Source: Scyliorhinus canicula (lineage: Eukaryota). Taken from it: DNA of 64,000 nt. Under the pieces are notes generated by a model that had not been told where the DNA came from, did not search any database, and saw only the letters and a program-made list of their open reading frames with translations. The DNA lies in the NCBI RefSeq assembly GCF_902713615.1, contig NC_052176.1, forward strand, positions 248,001-312,000, written 5' to 3'. This document shows positions 1 to 13,363 of this stretch, one piece after another (positions within the stretch are counted from its first letter, which is position 1; each line of letters begins with the position of its first letter). The translations under genes were made by a program, and so were the position numbers.

Positions 1-3000
1 TCACCGTCCACCTTCCAAACCGGCAATATCTCACCGTGCACTAGCCAAACCGGCAATATCTCACCGTGCTCTAGCCAAACGGGCAATATCTCACCGTGCT
101 CTAGCCAAACCGGCAATATCTCACCGTGCTCTAGCCAAACCGGCAATATCTCACCGTGCACCTTCCAAACCGGCAATATCTCACCGTGCTCTAGCCAAAC
201 CGGCAATATCTCACCGTGCACTAGCCAAACCGGCAATATCTCACCGTGCTCTAGCCAAACCGGCAATATCTCACCGTGCACCAGCCAAACCGGCAATATC
301 TCACCGTGCACTAGCCAAACCGGCAATATCTCACCGTGCACTAGCCAAACCGGCAATATCTCACCGTGCTCTAGCCAAACCGGCAATATCTCACCGTGCA
401 CTAGCCAAACCGGCAATATCTCACCGTGCACTAGCCAAACCGGCAATATCTCACCGTGCTCTAGCCAAACCGGCAATATCTCACCGTGCTCTAGCCAAAC
501 CGGCAATATCTCACCGTGCTCTAGCCAAACCGGCAATATCTCACCCTGCTCTAGCCAAACCGGCAATATCTCACCGTGCACTAGCCAAACCGGCAATATC
601 TCACCGTGCTCTAGCCAAACCGGCAATATCTCACCGTGCACTAGCCAAACCGGCAATATCTCACCGTGCACTAGCCAAACCGGCAATATCTCACCGTGCT
701 CTAGCCAAACCGGCAATATCTCACCGTGCACTAGCCAAACCGGCAATATCTCACCGTGCTCTAGCCAAACCGGCAATATCTCACCGTGCACTAGCCAAAC
801 CGGCAATATCTCACCGTGCACTAGCCAAACCGGCAATATCTCACCGTGCTCTAGCCAAACCGGCAATATCTCACCGTGCACTAGCCAAACCGGCAATATC
901 TCACCGTGCACTAGCCAAACCGGCAATATCTCACCGTGCACTAGCCAAACCGGCAATATCTCACCGTGCACTAGCCAAACCGGCAATATCTCACCGTGCT
1001 CTAGCCACCGGCAATATCTCACCGTGCTCTAGCCAAACCGGCAATATCTCACCGTGCACTAGCCAAACCGGCAATATCTCACCGTGCTCTAGCCACCGGC
1101 AATATCTCACCGTGCTCTAGCCAAACCGGCAATATCTCACCGTGCTCTAGCCAAACCGGCAATATCTCACCGTGCACTAGCCAAACCGGCAATATCTCAC
1201 CGTGCACCTTCCAAACCGGCAATATCTCACCGTGCACTAGCCAAACCGGCAATATCTCACCGTGCACTAGCCATACCGGCAATATCTCACCGTGCTCTAG
1301 CCAAACCGGCAATATCTCACCGTGCACTAGCCATACCGGCAATATCTCACCGTGCTCTAGCCAAACCGGCAATATCTCACCGTGCTCTAGCCAAACCGGC
1401 AATATCTCACCGTGCTCTAGCCAAACCGGCAATATCTCACCGTGCACCTTCCAAACCGGCAATATCTCACCTTGCACTAGCCACCGGCAATATCTCACCG
1501 TGCACTAGCCAAACCGGCAATATCTCACCGTGCACTAGCCAAACCGGCAATATCTCACCGTGCACTAGCCAAACCGGCAATATCTCACCGTGCTCTAGCC
1601 AAACCGGCAATATCTCACCGTGCTCTAGCCAAACCGGCAATATCTCACCGTGCACCTTCCAAACCGGCAATATCTCACCGTGCACTAGCCAAACCGGCAA
1701 TATCTCACCGTGCACTAGCCAAACCGGCAATATCTCACCGTGCACTAGCCAAACCGGCAATATCTCACCGTGCACTAGCCAAACCGGCAATATCTCACCG
1801 TGCTCTAGCCAAACCGGCAATATCTCACCGTGCTCTAGCCAAACCGGCAATATCTCACCGTGCACCTTCCAAACCGGCAATATCTCACCGTGCACTAGCC
1901 AAACCGGCAATATCTCACCGTGCACCTTCCAAACCGGCAATATCTCACCGTGCACTAGCCAAACCGGCAATATCTCACCGTGCTCTAGCCAAACCGGCAA
2001 TATCTCACCGTGCACCTGCCAAACCGGCAATATCACACCGTGCACTAGCCAAACCGGCAATATCTCACCGTGCACTAGCCAAACCGGCAATATCTCACCG
2101 TGCTCTAGCCAAACCGGCAATATCTCACCGTGCACTAGCCAAACCGGCAATATCTCACCGTGCACTAGCCAAACCGGCAATATCTCACCGTGCTCTAGCC
2201 AAACCGGCAAATATCTCACCGTGCACCAGCCAAACCGGCAATATCTCACCGTGCACCTTCCAAACCGGCAATATCGCACCGTGCACCTTCCAAACCGGCA
2301 ATATTTCACCGTGCACCTTCGAAACCGGCAATATCTCACCGTGCACTAGCCAAACCGGCAATATCTCACCGTGCACTAGCCAAACCGGCAATATCTCACC
2401 GTGCTCTAGCCAAACCGGCAATATCTCACCGTGCACTAGCCAGACCGGCAATATCTCACCGTGCACTAGCCAAACCGGCAATATCTCACCGTGCACTAGC
2501 CAAACCGGCAATATCTCACCGTGCTCTAGCCAAACCGGCAATATCTCACCGTGCTCTAGCCAAACCGGCAATATCTCACCGTGCACTAGCCAAACCGGCA
2601 ATATCTCACCGTGCTCTAGCCAAACCGGCAATATCTCACCGTGCTCTAGCCAAACCGGCAATATCTCACCGTGCACTAGCCAAACCGGCAATATCTCACC
2701 GTGCACCTTCGAAACCGGCAATATCTCACCGTGCACTAGCCAAACCGGCAATATCTCACCGTGCTCTAGCCAAACCGGCAATATCTCACCGTGCACTAGC
2801 CAAACCGGCAATATCTCACCATGCACTAGCCAAACCGGCAATATCTCACCGTGCTCTAGCCAAACCGGCAATATCTCACCGTGCACTAGCCAAACGGGCA
2901 ATATCTCACCGTGCACTAGCCAAACCGGCAATATCTCACCGTGCTCTAGCCAAACCGGCAATATCTCACCGTGCACTAGCCAAACCGGCAATATCTCACC

Positions 3001-3874
3001 GTGCTCTAGCCAAACCGGCAATATCTCACCGTGCACTAGCCAAACCGGCAATATCTCACCGTGCACTAGCCAAACCGGCAATATCTCACCGTACACTTGC
3101 CAAAGCGGCAATATCTCACCGTGCACTAGCCAAACCGGCAATATCTCACCGTGCACCAGCCAAACCGGCAATATCTCACCGTGCTCTAGCCAAACCGGCA
3201 ATATCTCACCGTGCACTAGCCAAACCGGCAATATCTCACCGTGCTCTAGCCAAACCGGCAATATCTCACCGTGCACCAGCCAAACCGGCAATATCTCACC
3301 GTGCACCAGCCAAACCGGCAATATCTCACCGTGCACCTTCGAAACCGGCAATATCTCACCGTGCTCTAGCCAAACCGGCAATATCTCACCGTGCTCTAGC
3401 CAAACCGGCAATATCTCACCGTACACTTGCCAAACCGGCAATATCTCACCGTACACTTGCCAAACCGGCAATATCTCACCGTACACTTGCCAAACCGGCA
3501 ATATCTCACCGTGCACTAGCCAAACCGGCAATATCTCACCGTGCACGAGCCAAACCGGCAATATCTCACCGTGCTCTAGCCAAACCGGCAATATCTCACC
3601 GTGCACCTTCCAAACCGGCAATATCTCACCGTGCTCTAGCCAAACCGGCAATATCTCACCGTGCTCTAGCCAAACCGGCAATATCTCACCGTGCACTAGC
3701 CAAACCGGCAATATCTCACCGTGCACTAGCCAAACCGGCAATATCTCACCGTGCTCTAGCCAAACCGGCAATATCTCACCGTGCACCTAGCCAAACCGGC
3801 AATATCTCACCGTGCTCTAGCCAAACCGGCAATATCTCACCGTGCTCTAGCCAAACCGGCAATATCTCACCGTG
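1..3874. repeat. 30-bp minisatellite (TCACCGTGCACTAGCCAAACCGGCAATATC), about 129 copies, truncated by the window start and an N gap
   Basis: Direct 30-bp periodicity. Variation is almost confined to the GCACTAG/GCTCTAG/GCACCTT/GTACACTT segment. Confidence 0.98.
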
Positions 3875-4374
3875 NNNNNNNNNNNNNNNNNNNNNNNNNN
3901 NNNNNNNNNNNNNNNNNNNNNNNNNNNNNNNNNNNNNNNNNNNNNNNNNNNNNNNNNNNNNNNNNNNNNNNNNNNNNNNNNNNNNNNNNNNNNNNNNNNN
4001 NNNNNNNNNNNNNNNNNNNNNNNNNNNNNNNNNNNNNNNNNNNNNNNNNNNNNNNNNNNNNNNNNNNNNNNNNNNNNNNNNNNNNNNNNNNNNNNNNNNN
4101 NNNNNNNNNNNNNNNNNNNNNNNNNNNNNNNNNNNNNNNNNNNNNNNNNNNNNNNNNNNNNNNNNNNNNNNNNNNNNNNNNNNNNNNNNNNNNNNNNNNN
4201 NNNNNNNNNNNNNNNNNNNNNNNNNNNNNNNNNNNNNNNNNNNNNNNNNNNNNNNNNNNNNNNNNNNNNNNNNNNNNNNNNNNNNNNNNNNNNNNNNNNN
4301 NNNNNNNNNNNNNNNNNNNNNNNNNNNNNNNNNNNNNNNNNNNNNNNNNNNNNNNNNNNNNNNNNNNNNNNNNN
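3875..4374. other. assembly gap (500 N)
   Basis: Run of N. Confidence 1.
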
Positions 4375-7337
4375 GCGGCACTCCCTCAGCACTGACACTC
4401 TGACAGTGCGGCACTCCCTCAGTACTGACCCTCTGACAGTGCGGCACTCCCTCAGTACTGACCCTCTGACAGTGCAACACTCCCTCAGTACAGACCCTCT
4501 GACAGTGCGGCACTCCCTCAGTACTGACCCTCTGACAGTGCAGCACTCCCTCAGTACTGACCCTCTGACAGTGCAGCGCTCCCTCAGTACTGACCCTCTG
4601 ACAGTGCGGCACTCCCTCAGTACTGACCCTCTGACAGTGCGGCACTCCCTCAGTAATGACCCTCTTGACAGTGCAGCACTCCCTCAGTACTGACCCTCTG
4701 ACAGTGCGGCACTCCCTCAGTACTGACCCTCTGACAGTGCGGCATTCCCTCAGTACTGACCCTCTGACAGTGCGGCACTCCCTCAGTACTGACCCTCTGA
4801 CAGTGCGGCACTCCCTCAGTACTGACCCTCTGACAGTGCGGCACTCCCTCAGTACTGACCCTCTGACAGTGCAGCACTCCCTCAGTACTGACCCTCTGAC
4901 AGTGCGGCACTCCCTCAGTACTGACCCTCTGACAGTGCAGCACTCCCTCAGTACTGACCCTCTGACAGTGCAGCACTCCCTCAGCACTGACCCTCTGACA
5001 GTGCGGCACTCCCTCAGTACTGACCCTCTGACAGTGCGGCACTTCCTCAGTACTGACCCTCTTGACAGTGCGGCACTCCCTCAGTACTGACCCTCTGACA
5101 GTGCGGCACCCACTCAGTACTGACCCTCTGACAGTGCAGCACTCCCTCAGTACTGACCCTCTGACAGGGCGCACTCCCTCAGTACTGACCCTCTGACAGT
5201 CCAGCACTCCCTCAGTACTGACCCTCTGACAGTGCGGCACTCCCTCAGTACTGACCCTCTGACAGTGCGGCACTCCCTCAGTACTGACCCTCTGACAGTG
5301 CGGCACTCCCTCAGTACTGACCCTCTGACAGTGCGGCTCCCCCTCAGTACTGACCCTCTGACAGGGCGCACTCCCTCAGTACTGACCCTCTGACAGTCCA
5401 GCACTCCCTCAGTACTGACCCTCTGACAGTGCGGCACTCCCTCAGTACTGACCCTCTGACAGTGCGGCACTCCCTCAGTACTGACCCTCTGACAGTGCGG
5501 CACTCCCTCAGTACTGACACTCTGACAGTGCGGCACTCCCTCAGTACTGACCCTCTGACAGGGCAGCACTCCCTCAGTACTGACCCTCAGACAGTGCGGC
5601 GCTCCCTCAGTACTGACCCTCTAACAGTGCAGCACTCCCTCAGTACTGACCCTCTGACAGTGCGGCATTCCCTCAGTACTGACCCTCTGACAGTGCGGCA
5701 CTCCCTCAGTACTGACCCTCTGACAGTGTGGCACTCCCTCAGTACTGACCCTCTGACAGTGCAGCACTCCCTCAGTACTGACCCTCTGACAGTGCAGCAC
5801 TCCCTCAGTACTGACCCCTGACAGTGCGCACTCCCTCAGTACTGACCCTCTGACAGTCCAGCACTCCCTCAGTACTGACCCTCTGACAGTGCGGCACTCC
5901 CTCAGTACTGACCCCTCTGACAGTGCGGCACTCCCTCAGTACTGACCCTCTGACAGTGCGGCACTCCCTCAGTACTGACCCTCTGACAGTGCAGCACTCC
6001 CTCAGTACTGACCCTCTGAAAGTGCGGCGCTCCCTCAGTACTGACCCCCTGACAGTGCAGCACTCCCTCAGTACTGACCCTCTGACAGTGCGGCACTCCC
6101 TCAGTACTGACCCTCTGACAGTGCGGCGCTCCCTCAGTACTGACCCTCTGACAGTGCGGTGCTCCCTCAGTACTGACCCTCTGACAGTGCGGCACTCCCT
6201 CACCACTCACCCTCGGACAGTGCATCATTCCCTCAGTACTGACCCTCTGACAGTGCGGGACTCCCTCAGTACTGACCCTCTGACAGTGCGGCACTCCCTC
6301 AGTACTGACCCTCTGACAGTGCGGCACTCCCTCAGTCCTGACCCTCTGACAGTGCGGCACTCCCTCAGTACTGACCCACTGACACTGTGGCACTCCCTCA
6401 GTACTGACCCTCTGACAGTGCGGCACTCCCTCAGTACTGACCCTCTGACAGTGCGGCACTCCCTCAGTACTGACCCTCTGACAGTGCGGCACTCCCTCAG
6501 TACTGACCCTCTGACTGTGCGGCACTCCCTCAGTACTGACCCTCTGACAGTGCAGCGCTCCCTCAGTACTGACCCTCTGACAGTGCAGCACTCCCCCAGT
6601 ACTGACGCTCTGACAGTGTGGCGCTCCCTCAGTACTGACCCTCCCAGTGCAGCACTCCCTCAGTACTGACCCTCTGACAGTGCGGCACTCCCTCAGTACT
6701 GACCCTCTGACAGTGCGGCACTCCCTCAGTACTGATCCTCTGACAGTGCAGCACTCCCTCAGTACTGACCCTCTGACAGTGCGGCACTCCCTCAGTACTG
6801 ACCCTCTGACAGTGCAGCACTCCCTCAGTACTGACCCTCTGACAGTGCGGCACTCCCTCAGTACTGACCCTCTGACTGTGCGGCACTCCCTCAGTACTGA
6901 CCCTCTGACAGTGCGGCACTCCCCCAGTACTGACCCTCTGACAGTGTGGCGCTCCCTCAGTACTGACCCTCCCAGTGCAGCACTCCCTCAGTACTGACCC
7001 TCTGACAGTGCGGCACTCCCTCAGTACTGACCCTCTGACAGTGCGGCACTCCCTCAGTACTGACCCTCTGACAGTGCGGCACTCCCTCAGTACTGACCCT
7101 CTGACAGTGCGGCGCTCCCTCAGTACTGACCCTCTGACAGTGCGGCACTCCCTCAGCACTGACCCTCTGACAGTGCAGCACTCCCTCAGTACTGACCCTC
7201 TGACAGTGCGGCACTCCCTCAGTACTGACCCTCTGACAGTGCAGCACTCCCTCAGTACTGATCCTCTGACAGTGCAGCACTCCCTCAGTACTGACCCTCT
7301 GACAGTGCGACACTCCCTCAGTACTGACCCTCTGACA
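4375..7337 (+). repeat. 33-bp minisatellite (GCGGCACTCCCTCAGTACTGACCCTCTGACAGT), array A, about 90 copies
   Basis: 33-bp periodicity (RHSLSTDPLTV repeats in the ORF track). Confidence 0.98.
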
Positions 7338-7595
7338 ATGTTTAACGCATTGCTCATTTTTCCACCTGCCTGCTGTGATCTGAATGCTGGTTGTCGTTGA
7401 TGTTGTGCAGCAGAGTAGAGGAGGCACCGTTCTTTCTCTGCTCCGACCCTTAGCTAGTATAGCTTTGTGTTTATTGTGGGCTCCTGGGAGCTTGTGGAGT
7501 CCTTGGCCTGTGTGACCCAGATTGCAGCTTCTCCTCAGCCCCTGCACGGGCCCACAGTGACACACAGCTGATCCACATCGACTTTGGGAGGTGTG

Positions 7596-9175
7596 AATGG
7601 GGAGAATGTGGGTCTCGGGAGAATGTGGGACTCGCTCCCCTGGGGAGTGGGGAGAATGTGGGACTCGCTCCACAGGGAGAATGTGGGACTCGCTCCCATG
7701 GGGAATGGGGGAGAATGTGGGTCTTGCTCCCACGGGGAGTGGGGGAGAATGTGGGACTCGCTGCCACGGGGAGTGGGGGAGAATGCGGGATTCGCTCCCG
7801 CGGGGAGTGGGGAGAATGTGGGACTCGCTCCCCACGGGGAGTGGGGAGAATGTGGGACTCGCTCCCACGGGGAGTGGGGAGAATGTGGGACTCGCTGCCA
7901 CGGGGAGTGGGGGAGAATGCGGGTGTCGCTCCCGCGGGGAGTGGGGAGAATGTGGGACTCGCTCCCACGGGGAGTGGGGAGAATGTGGGACTGGCTCCCA
8001 CGGGGAGTGGGGAGAATGTGGGATTCGCTCCCACGGGGAGTGGGGAGAATGTGGGACTCGCTCCCACGGGGAGTGGGGGAGAATGTGGGACTCGCTCCCA
8101 CGTTGAGTGGGGGAGAATGTGGGACTCGCTCCCACGGGGAGTGGGGAGAATGTGGGACTCGCTCCCACGGGGAGTGGGGAGAATGTGGGACTCGCTCCCC
8201 ACGGGGAGTGGGAAGAATGTGGGACCCGCTCCCACGGGGAGTGGGGGAGAATGTGGGACTCGCTCCCACGGGGAGTGGGGAGAATGTGGGACTCGATCCT
8301 CACGGGGAGTGGGGGAGAATGTGGGACTGGCTCCCACGGGGAGGGGGGGAGAATGTGGGACTCGCTCCCACGGGGAGTGGGGGAGAATGTGGGACTGGCT
8401 CCCACGGGGAGTGGGGGAGAATGTGGGACTGGCTCCCACGGGGAGTGGGGGAGAATGTGGGACTCGCTCCCACGGGGAGTGGGGAGAATGTGGGACTAAC
8501 TCCCACGGGGAGTGGGGAGAATGTGGGACTCGCTCCCACGGGGAGTGGGGGAGAATGTGGGACTCGCTCCCACGGGGAGTGGGGGAGAATGTGGGACTCG
8601 CTCCCACGGGGAGTGGGGGAGAATGTGGGACTCGCTCCCACGGGGAGTGGGGGGAATTTGGGACTCGCTTCCCACGGGGAGTGGGGAGAATGTAGGACTC
8701 GCTCCCACGGGGAGTGGGGGAGAATGTGGGACTCGCTCCCACAGGGAGTGGGGGAGAATGTGGGACTCGCTCCCACGGGGAGTGGGGAGAATGTGGGACT
8801 CGCTCCCATGGGGAGTGGGGTGGGGAATGTGGGACTCGCTCCCACAGGGAGTGGGGGAGAATGTGGGACTCGCTCCCACGGGGAGTGGGAGAATGAGGGA
8901 CTCGCTCCCACAGGGAGTGGGGGAGAATGTGGGACTCGCTCCCACGGGGAGTGGGGGAGAATGTGGGATTCGCTCCCACGGGGAGTAGGGAGAATGTGGG
9001 ACTCGCTCTCACAGGGAGTGGGGAGAATGTGGGATTCGCTCCCACAGGGAGTGGGGGAGAATGTGGGACTCGCTCCCACGGGGAGTGGGGGAGAATGTGG
9101 GACTCGCTCCCACGGGGAGTGGGGGGAATTTGGGACTCGCTCCCACGGGGAGTGGGGGGAATTTGGGACTCGCTC
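7596..9175 (+). repeat. 33/34-bp G-rich minisatellite (GTGGGACTCGCTCCCACGGGGAGTGGGG(G)AGAAT), CR1-derived
   Basis: Tandem periodicity. The unit translates as RMWDSLPRGVG, resembling the CR1 ORF2 end motif (R/L)WNSLP. Confidence 0.95.
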
Positions 9176-9403
9176 TGACAGAGAGCGCTCAAGGTGCATA
9201 TTGTTGATTGATTTCAGGGAGGAAGCTGACGCTGTGAGCAGCCTCCCAGCTCTGGTGAATCTGGGTTTGTATGCTCCAGAGTGACGCTGTACGCACCCTC
9301 CCATCTCTGGTTGTGTTTTGGGCACCTTGTGTATAGTCGTCTTGTTTCCGCGGCTGTGGCCTGGTTGGTGAATTGTTCTGTCTTTCCTCTCTCCTCCTGA
9401 CAG

Positions 9404-9541
9404 TCTGTGGTAAACGCTACAAGAACCGGCCGGGGCTCAGCTATCACTACGCCCATTCCCACCTGGCGGACGAGGAGGGCGACGATGAGAAGGACCTGGA
9501 GCCGCAGATCCCCCTGTCCCACCGAAGGGAGGAACGTAAGT
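9404..9541 (+). CDS. DPF2: DPF2 internal exon, C2H2 zinc finger and acidic linker ([25 protein letters not shown]...EERK)
   Basis: Polypyrimidine tract then CAG acceptor at 9401-9403. Peptide matches DPF2 (YHYAHSHLA). Phase 1-1. Donor after 9541 (GTGCGT) or after 9535 (GTAAGT). Confidence 0.93.
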
Positions 9542-10108
9542 GTGCGTGACTGTATTCTTTCTATTTATTATGGTGGGGAGGGGGGGCGCGATGGGGGAAG
9601 TCGGGTGCATGTTTAACATTGCTGTCAATCAATTGGTCCTTGAGTTCACAGTGGCTGGTACGTGCTCCCTCAGAGGGCAGCAGGAATGTGTTTAGCGGTA
9701 ACTTGCAGAGGGGGGGAATTGGTGAAATACTCGAAGAATGAACTTGCAGGGCTGCGGGAGTGGGACTGATTGGGTAAGATATTCAAAGCACAGGGACGAT
9801 GGCTGAATGGCCTCCTCTTGGGCTGTCTTATGTTGTGATTCCGCCTGCTGGCCGATGAAGTGTTTGCAGAAATTGAAGGATTTCTTTGAAACCCTCAGTG
9901 TTGAGGTTTGACCTCCCGATCCTGTGCAACGAACAGGGGGCGCTGGGCAGGTGTGAGTCTTCCATCTGCCTGCCCGGCTGGCATAGGGGTTGTGGGGCCC
10001 ACCAGCTCATTCCCGGCGAGGCAGCGTGAGCCTCGGGCAGCGTGGGAACCAGGCAGCGTCAGCCTCGGACATCACCCGGAGTTACGAAACGCTGGGCGAG
10101 CGCACAGT

Positions 10109-10445
10109 CATAGAACAGTACAGCACAGAACAGGCCCTTCGGCCCTCGATGTTGTGCCGAGCAATGATCACTCGACTCAAACCCACGTATCCACCCTATA
10201 CCCGTAACCCAACAACCCCCCCCTTAACCTTACTTTTTAGGACACTACGGGCAATTTAGCATGGCCAATCCACCTAACCCGCACATCTTTGGACTGTGGG
10301 AGGAAATCGGAGCACCCGGAGGAAACCCACGCACACAGGGGGAGAACGTGCAGACTCCACACAGACAGTGACCCAGCCGGGAATCGAACCTGGGACCCTG
10401 GAGCTGTGAAGCATTTATGCTAACCACCATGCTACCGTGCTGCCC
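10109..10445 (-). mobile_element. tRNA-derived V-SINE/HE1-like SINE, full length, with CR1-like tail
   Basis: Minus strand begins GGGCAGCACGGTAGCATGGTGG; B box GGTTCGATTCCC; central GGTTTCCTCCGGGTGCTCCG; tail matches the CR1 3' end at 19835-19890. Confidence 0.88.
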
Positions 10446-11158
10446 TGTCAATTCCAGCCCCATAGACCCCGGAGTCCCAACACCAGTCAATTAGCCCTTC
10501 ATTGCTCCAATGACCGACAGGCACCAGATTTGTAAGAGAAACACAATAACTTCATTTATAACAGAAATAGAGATAAGACATGCGCAAATTAATAGTTAAT
10601 CTACTAACCGCCCCGCCCTTTCACCGCCCCACCATCTACCCAGACACACACAGAGGAGGGGGGGGGGGGTTACAATAATAAGAGGATCAATGTGAAATGG
10701 AAGATGTGTTTCCTGGCTTCGGATGTCAAAGTTGTGGCAGCGCCCTCCATGGAACCACCGGTTGGATCGCTGACAAGGATTTTCTGGCGGGAGTGTTCAG
10801 TCAGAACTCCCATCTGTAGGATTCTGTCACAGCCTCAGGCCTGGGTCATTTTCATTTGTTTCCATCCAGAACGACCAACAGCCTTTCTGAAGCAAGAACA
10901 GAGTTGCCCACGCGAGACTTTAAAGAGCTTTTAAACCGCTGACCCTGTTTTCAGCCGGCGACTTGGTCTGGATTTCCTTCAGATTTTCTGTGTCTCCTCC
11001 CTCGAGCCCAGTTCTCCACCTGGGTTTTCCCGCCTCCTTGGTTTCCCGCCTCACTCGAATGTCCTCCAGCTTTACTGAGGAGAAAACAAAGTCTCCAACT
11101 GGGTGTCTGGGAGAGGTTCACCCTTTCTGGGAGAGAGAAACCCTTCAGCTCTTTTAGA

Positions 11159-11478
11159 ATTTAGAACAGTACAGCACAGAACAGGCCCTTCGGCCCTCGA
11201 TGTTGTGCCGAGCAATGATCACCCTACTTAAACCCACGTAACCCATATACCCGTAACCCAACAATCCCCCCATTAACCTTACACTACGGGCAATTTAGCA
11301 TGGCCAATCCACCTAACCCGCACATCTTTGGACTGTGGGAGGAAACCGGAGCACCCGGAGGAAACCCACGCACACACAGGGAGGACGTGCAGACTCCACA
11401 CAGACAGTGACCCAGCCGGGAATCGAACCTGGGACCCTGGAGCTGTGAAGCATTGATGCTAACCACCATGCTACCGTG
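11159..11478 (-). mobile_element. V-SINE/HE1-like SINE, near-identical to the copy at 10109-10445
   Basis: Same head, body and tail. GCTCTT occurs on both sides (11148, 11481), a possible TSD. Confidence 0.88.
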
Positions 11479-11996
11479 AGGCTCTTGATACCAAAATAAA
11501 ACTAAAGCTGGAAACACGGTCTCACAGAGGGAGGAACATTCCAGAAAATAACCTGAGCAATCAACACTATCCATTGATTAAGGCACAGCAATCTGAAACA
11601 GTCCGATGGCCGCCAGCCAAGTCCATCAAGATGTGGTCACCACTGATGTCGGACCAAATGGCTGGAGTTTCCTGTTTTCAACTTAAAGGTGAAGTCCATC
11701 TTAAAGTTATAGGCGAATATTTCCCCACGGACAAAAATTGAAATAGCGGAATGACAGAAATTGAATACGGAAAACAAGGGACAGACAGGGATTAACAGGA
11801 GGATCCTTACACCAGCCTCGGCCAGAGCGAGCCTCGGGCAGCGCGTTTGATTGGGCTGCTCCATTGAAGGAATTACAATCAAACCAGCTTGATCCTGGTA
11901 GCGATCAAAGGCAAATTGACAGCCTTCACTAAGGCGCGGTGGTTAGAATGTAAGTTGTCTTTGGAAGATTGTGCGGTTAATCAGTTTATAATGTTG

Positions 11997-13361
11997 AACA
12001 GACTCGAGAAGGGGGCTGAATGGGCGTCCTCCTGTTCCTGTGTGACAGGCTCGAGGAGGGGGCTGAATGGGCCTCCCCCTGTTCCTGTGTGACAGGCTCC
12101 AGGAAAAGCTGAATGGGCCTCCTCCTGTTCCTGTGTAACAGGCACGAGGAGGGGCTGAATGGCCTCCTCCTGTTCCTGTGTGAGGCTCGAGGAGGAGGGG
12201 GCAGAATGGGCCTCCTCCTGTTCCTGTGTAACAGGCTAGAGGAGGGGCTGAATGGGCCTCCTCCTGTTCCTGTGTAGCAGGGAGGGGCCTGAATGGGCTC
12301 CTCCTGTTCCTGTATAACAGGCACGAGGAGGGGGCTGAATGGGCCTCCTCCTGTTCCTGTGTAACAGGCACGAGGAGGGGCTGAATGGGCTCCTCCTGTT
12401 CCTGTGTGAGGCTCAAGGAGGAGGGGGCAGATTGGGCCTCCTCCTGTTCCTGTGTAACAGGCTCGAGGAGGGGGCTGAATGGGCCTCCTCCTGTTCCTGT
12501 GTAACAGGCTCGAGGAGGGGGCTGAATGGGCCTCCTCCTGTTCCTGTGTAACAGGCTCCAGGAAAAGCTGAATGGGCCTCCTCCTGTTCCTGTGTAACAG
12601 GCTAGAGGAGGGGGCTGAATGGGCCGCCTCCTGTTCCTGTGTAACAGGCTAGAGGGGCTGAATGGGCCTCCTCCTGTTCCTGTGTAACAGGCACGAGGAG
12701 GGCTGAATGGGCTCCTCCTGTTCCTGTGTGAGGCTCAAGGAGGAGGGGGCAGATTGGGCCTCCTCCTGTTCCTGTGTAACAGGCTCGAGGAGGGGGCTGA
12801 ATGGGCCTCCTCCTGTTCCTGTGTAACAGGCTCGAGGAGGGGGCTGAATGGGCCTCCTCCTGTTCCTGTGTAACAGGCTCCAGGAAAAGCTGAATGGGCC
12901 TCCTCCTGTTCCTGTGTAACAGGCTAGAGGAGGGGGCAGAATGGGCCTCCTCCTGTTCCTGTGTAACAGGCACGAGGAGGGGCTGAATGGGCTCCTCCTG
13001 TTCCTGTGTGAGGCTCGAGGAGGAGGGGGCAGGATGGGCCTCCTCCTGTTCCTGTGTAACAGGCTAGAGGAGGGGGCTGAATGGGCTTCCTCCTGTTCCG
13101 GTGTAACAGGGAGGGGGCTGAATGGGCCTCCTGTTCCTGTGTAACAGGCTTGTGGAGGGGGCTGAATGGGCCTCCTCCTGTTCCTGTGTAACAGGCTCGA
13201 GGAGGGGGCTGAATGGGACCCTCCTGTCCCTGTGTAACAGGCTCGAGGAGGGGGCTGAATGGGCTCCTCCTGTTCCTGTGTAACAAGCACGAGGAGGGGG
13301 CTGAATGGGCCTCCTCCTGTCCCTGTGTAACAGGCTTGTGGAGGGGGCTGAATGGCCTCCT
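11997..13361 (+). repeat. about 47-bp minisatellite derived from the CR1/SINE 3' terminal stem-loop
   Basis: Unit CAGGCTCGAGGAGGGGGCTGAATGGGCCTCCTCCTGTTCCTGTGTAA aligns with the CR1 tail at 44805-44855 (minus: CAGGCTCGAGGGGCCAGATGGCCTACTCCTGCTCCT). Confidence 0.9.
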
Positions 13362-13363
13362 GA

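Noticed and set aside
1-3874. CRISPR-like array
   Set aside because: Units are head-to-tail with no unique spacers, there are no cas genes, and the context is vertebrate. The same applies to the 33-37 bp arrays.
4650-9325. Long repetitive ORFs (RHSLSTDPLTV, CQRVSTEGVPH, GENVGLAPTGS, etc.)
   Set aside because: Open in several frames and on both strands because the unit lacks stops; no splice or Kozak support.
10028-11843. 15-bp direct repeat GAGCCTCGGGCAGCG flanking 1.8 kb, and LTR-like sequence at 10470-11720
   Set aside because: Could not define element ends or any coding signature; left unannotated.
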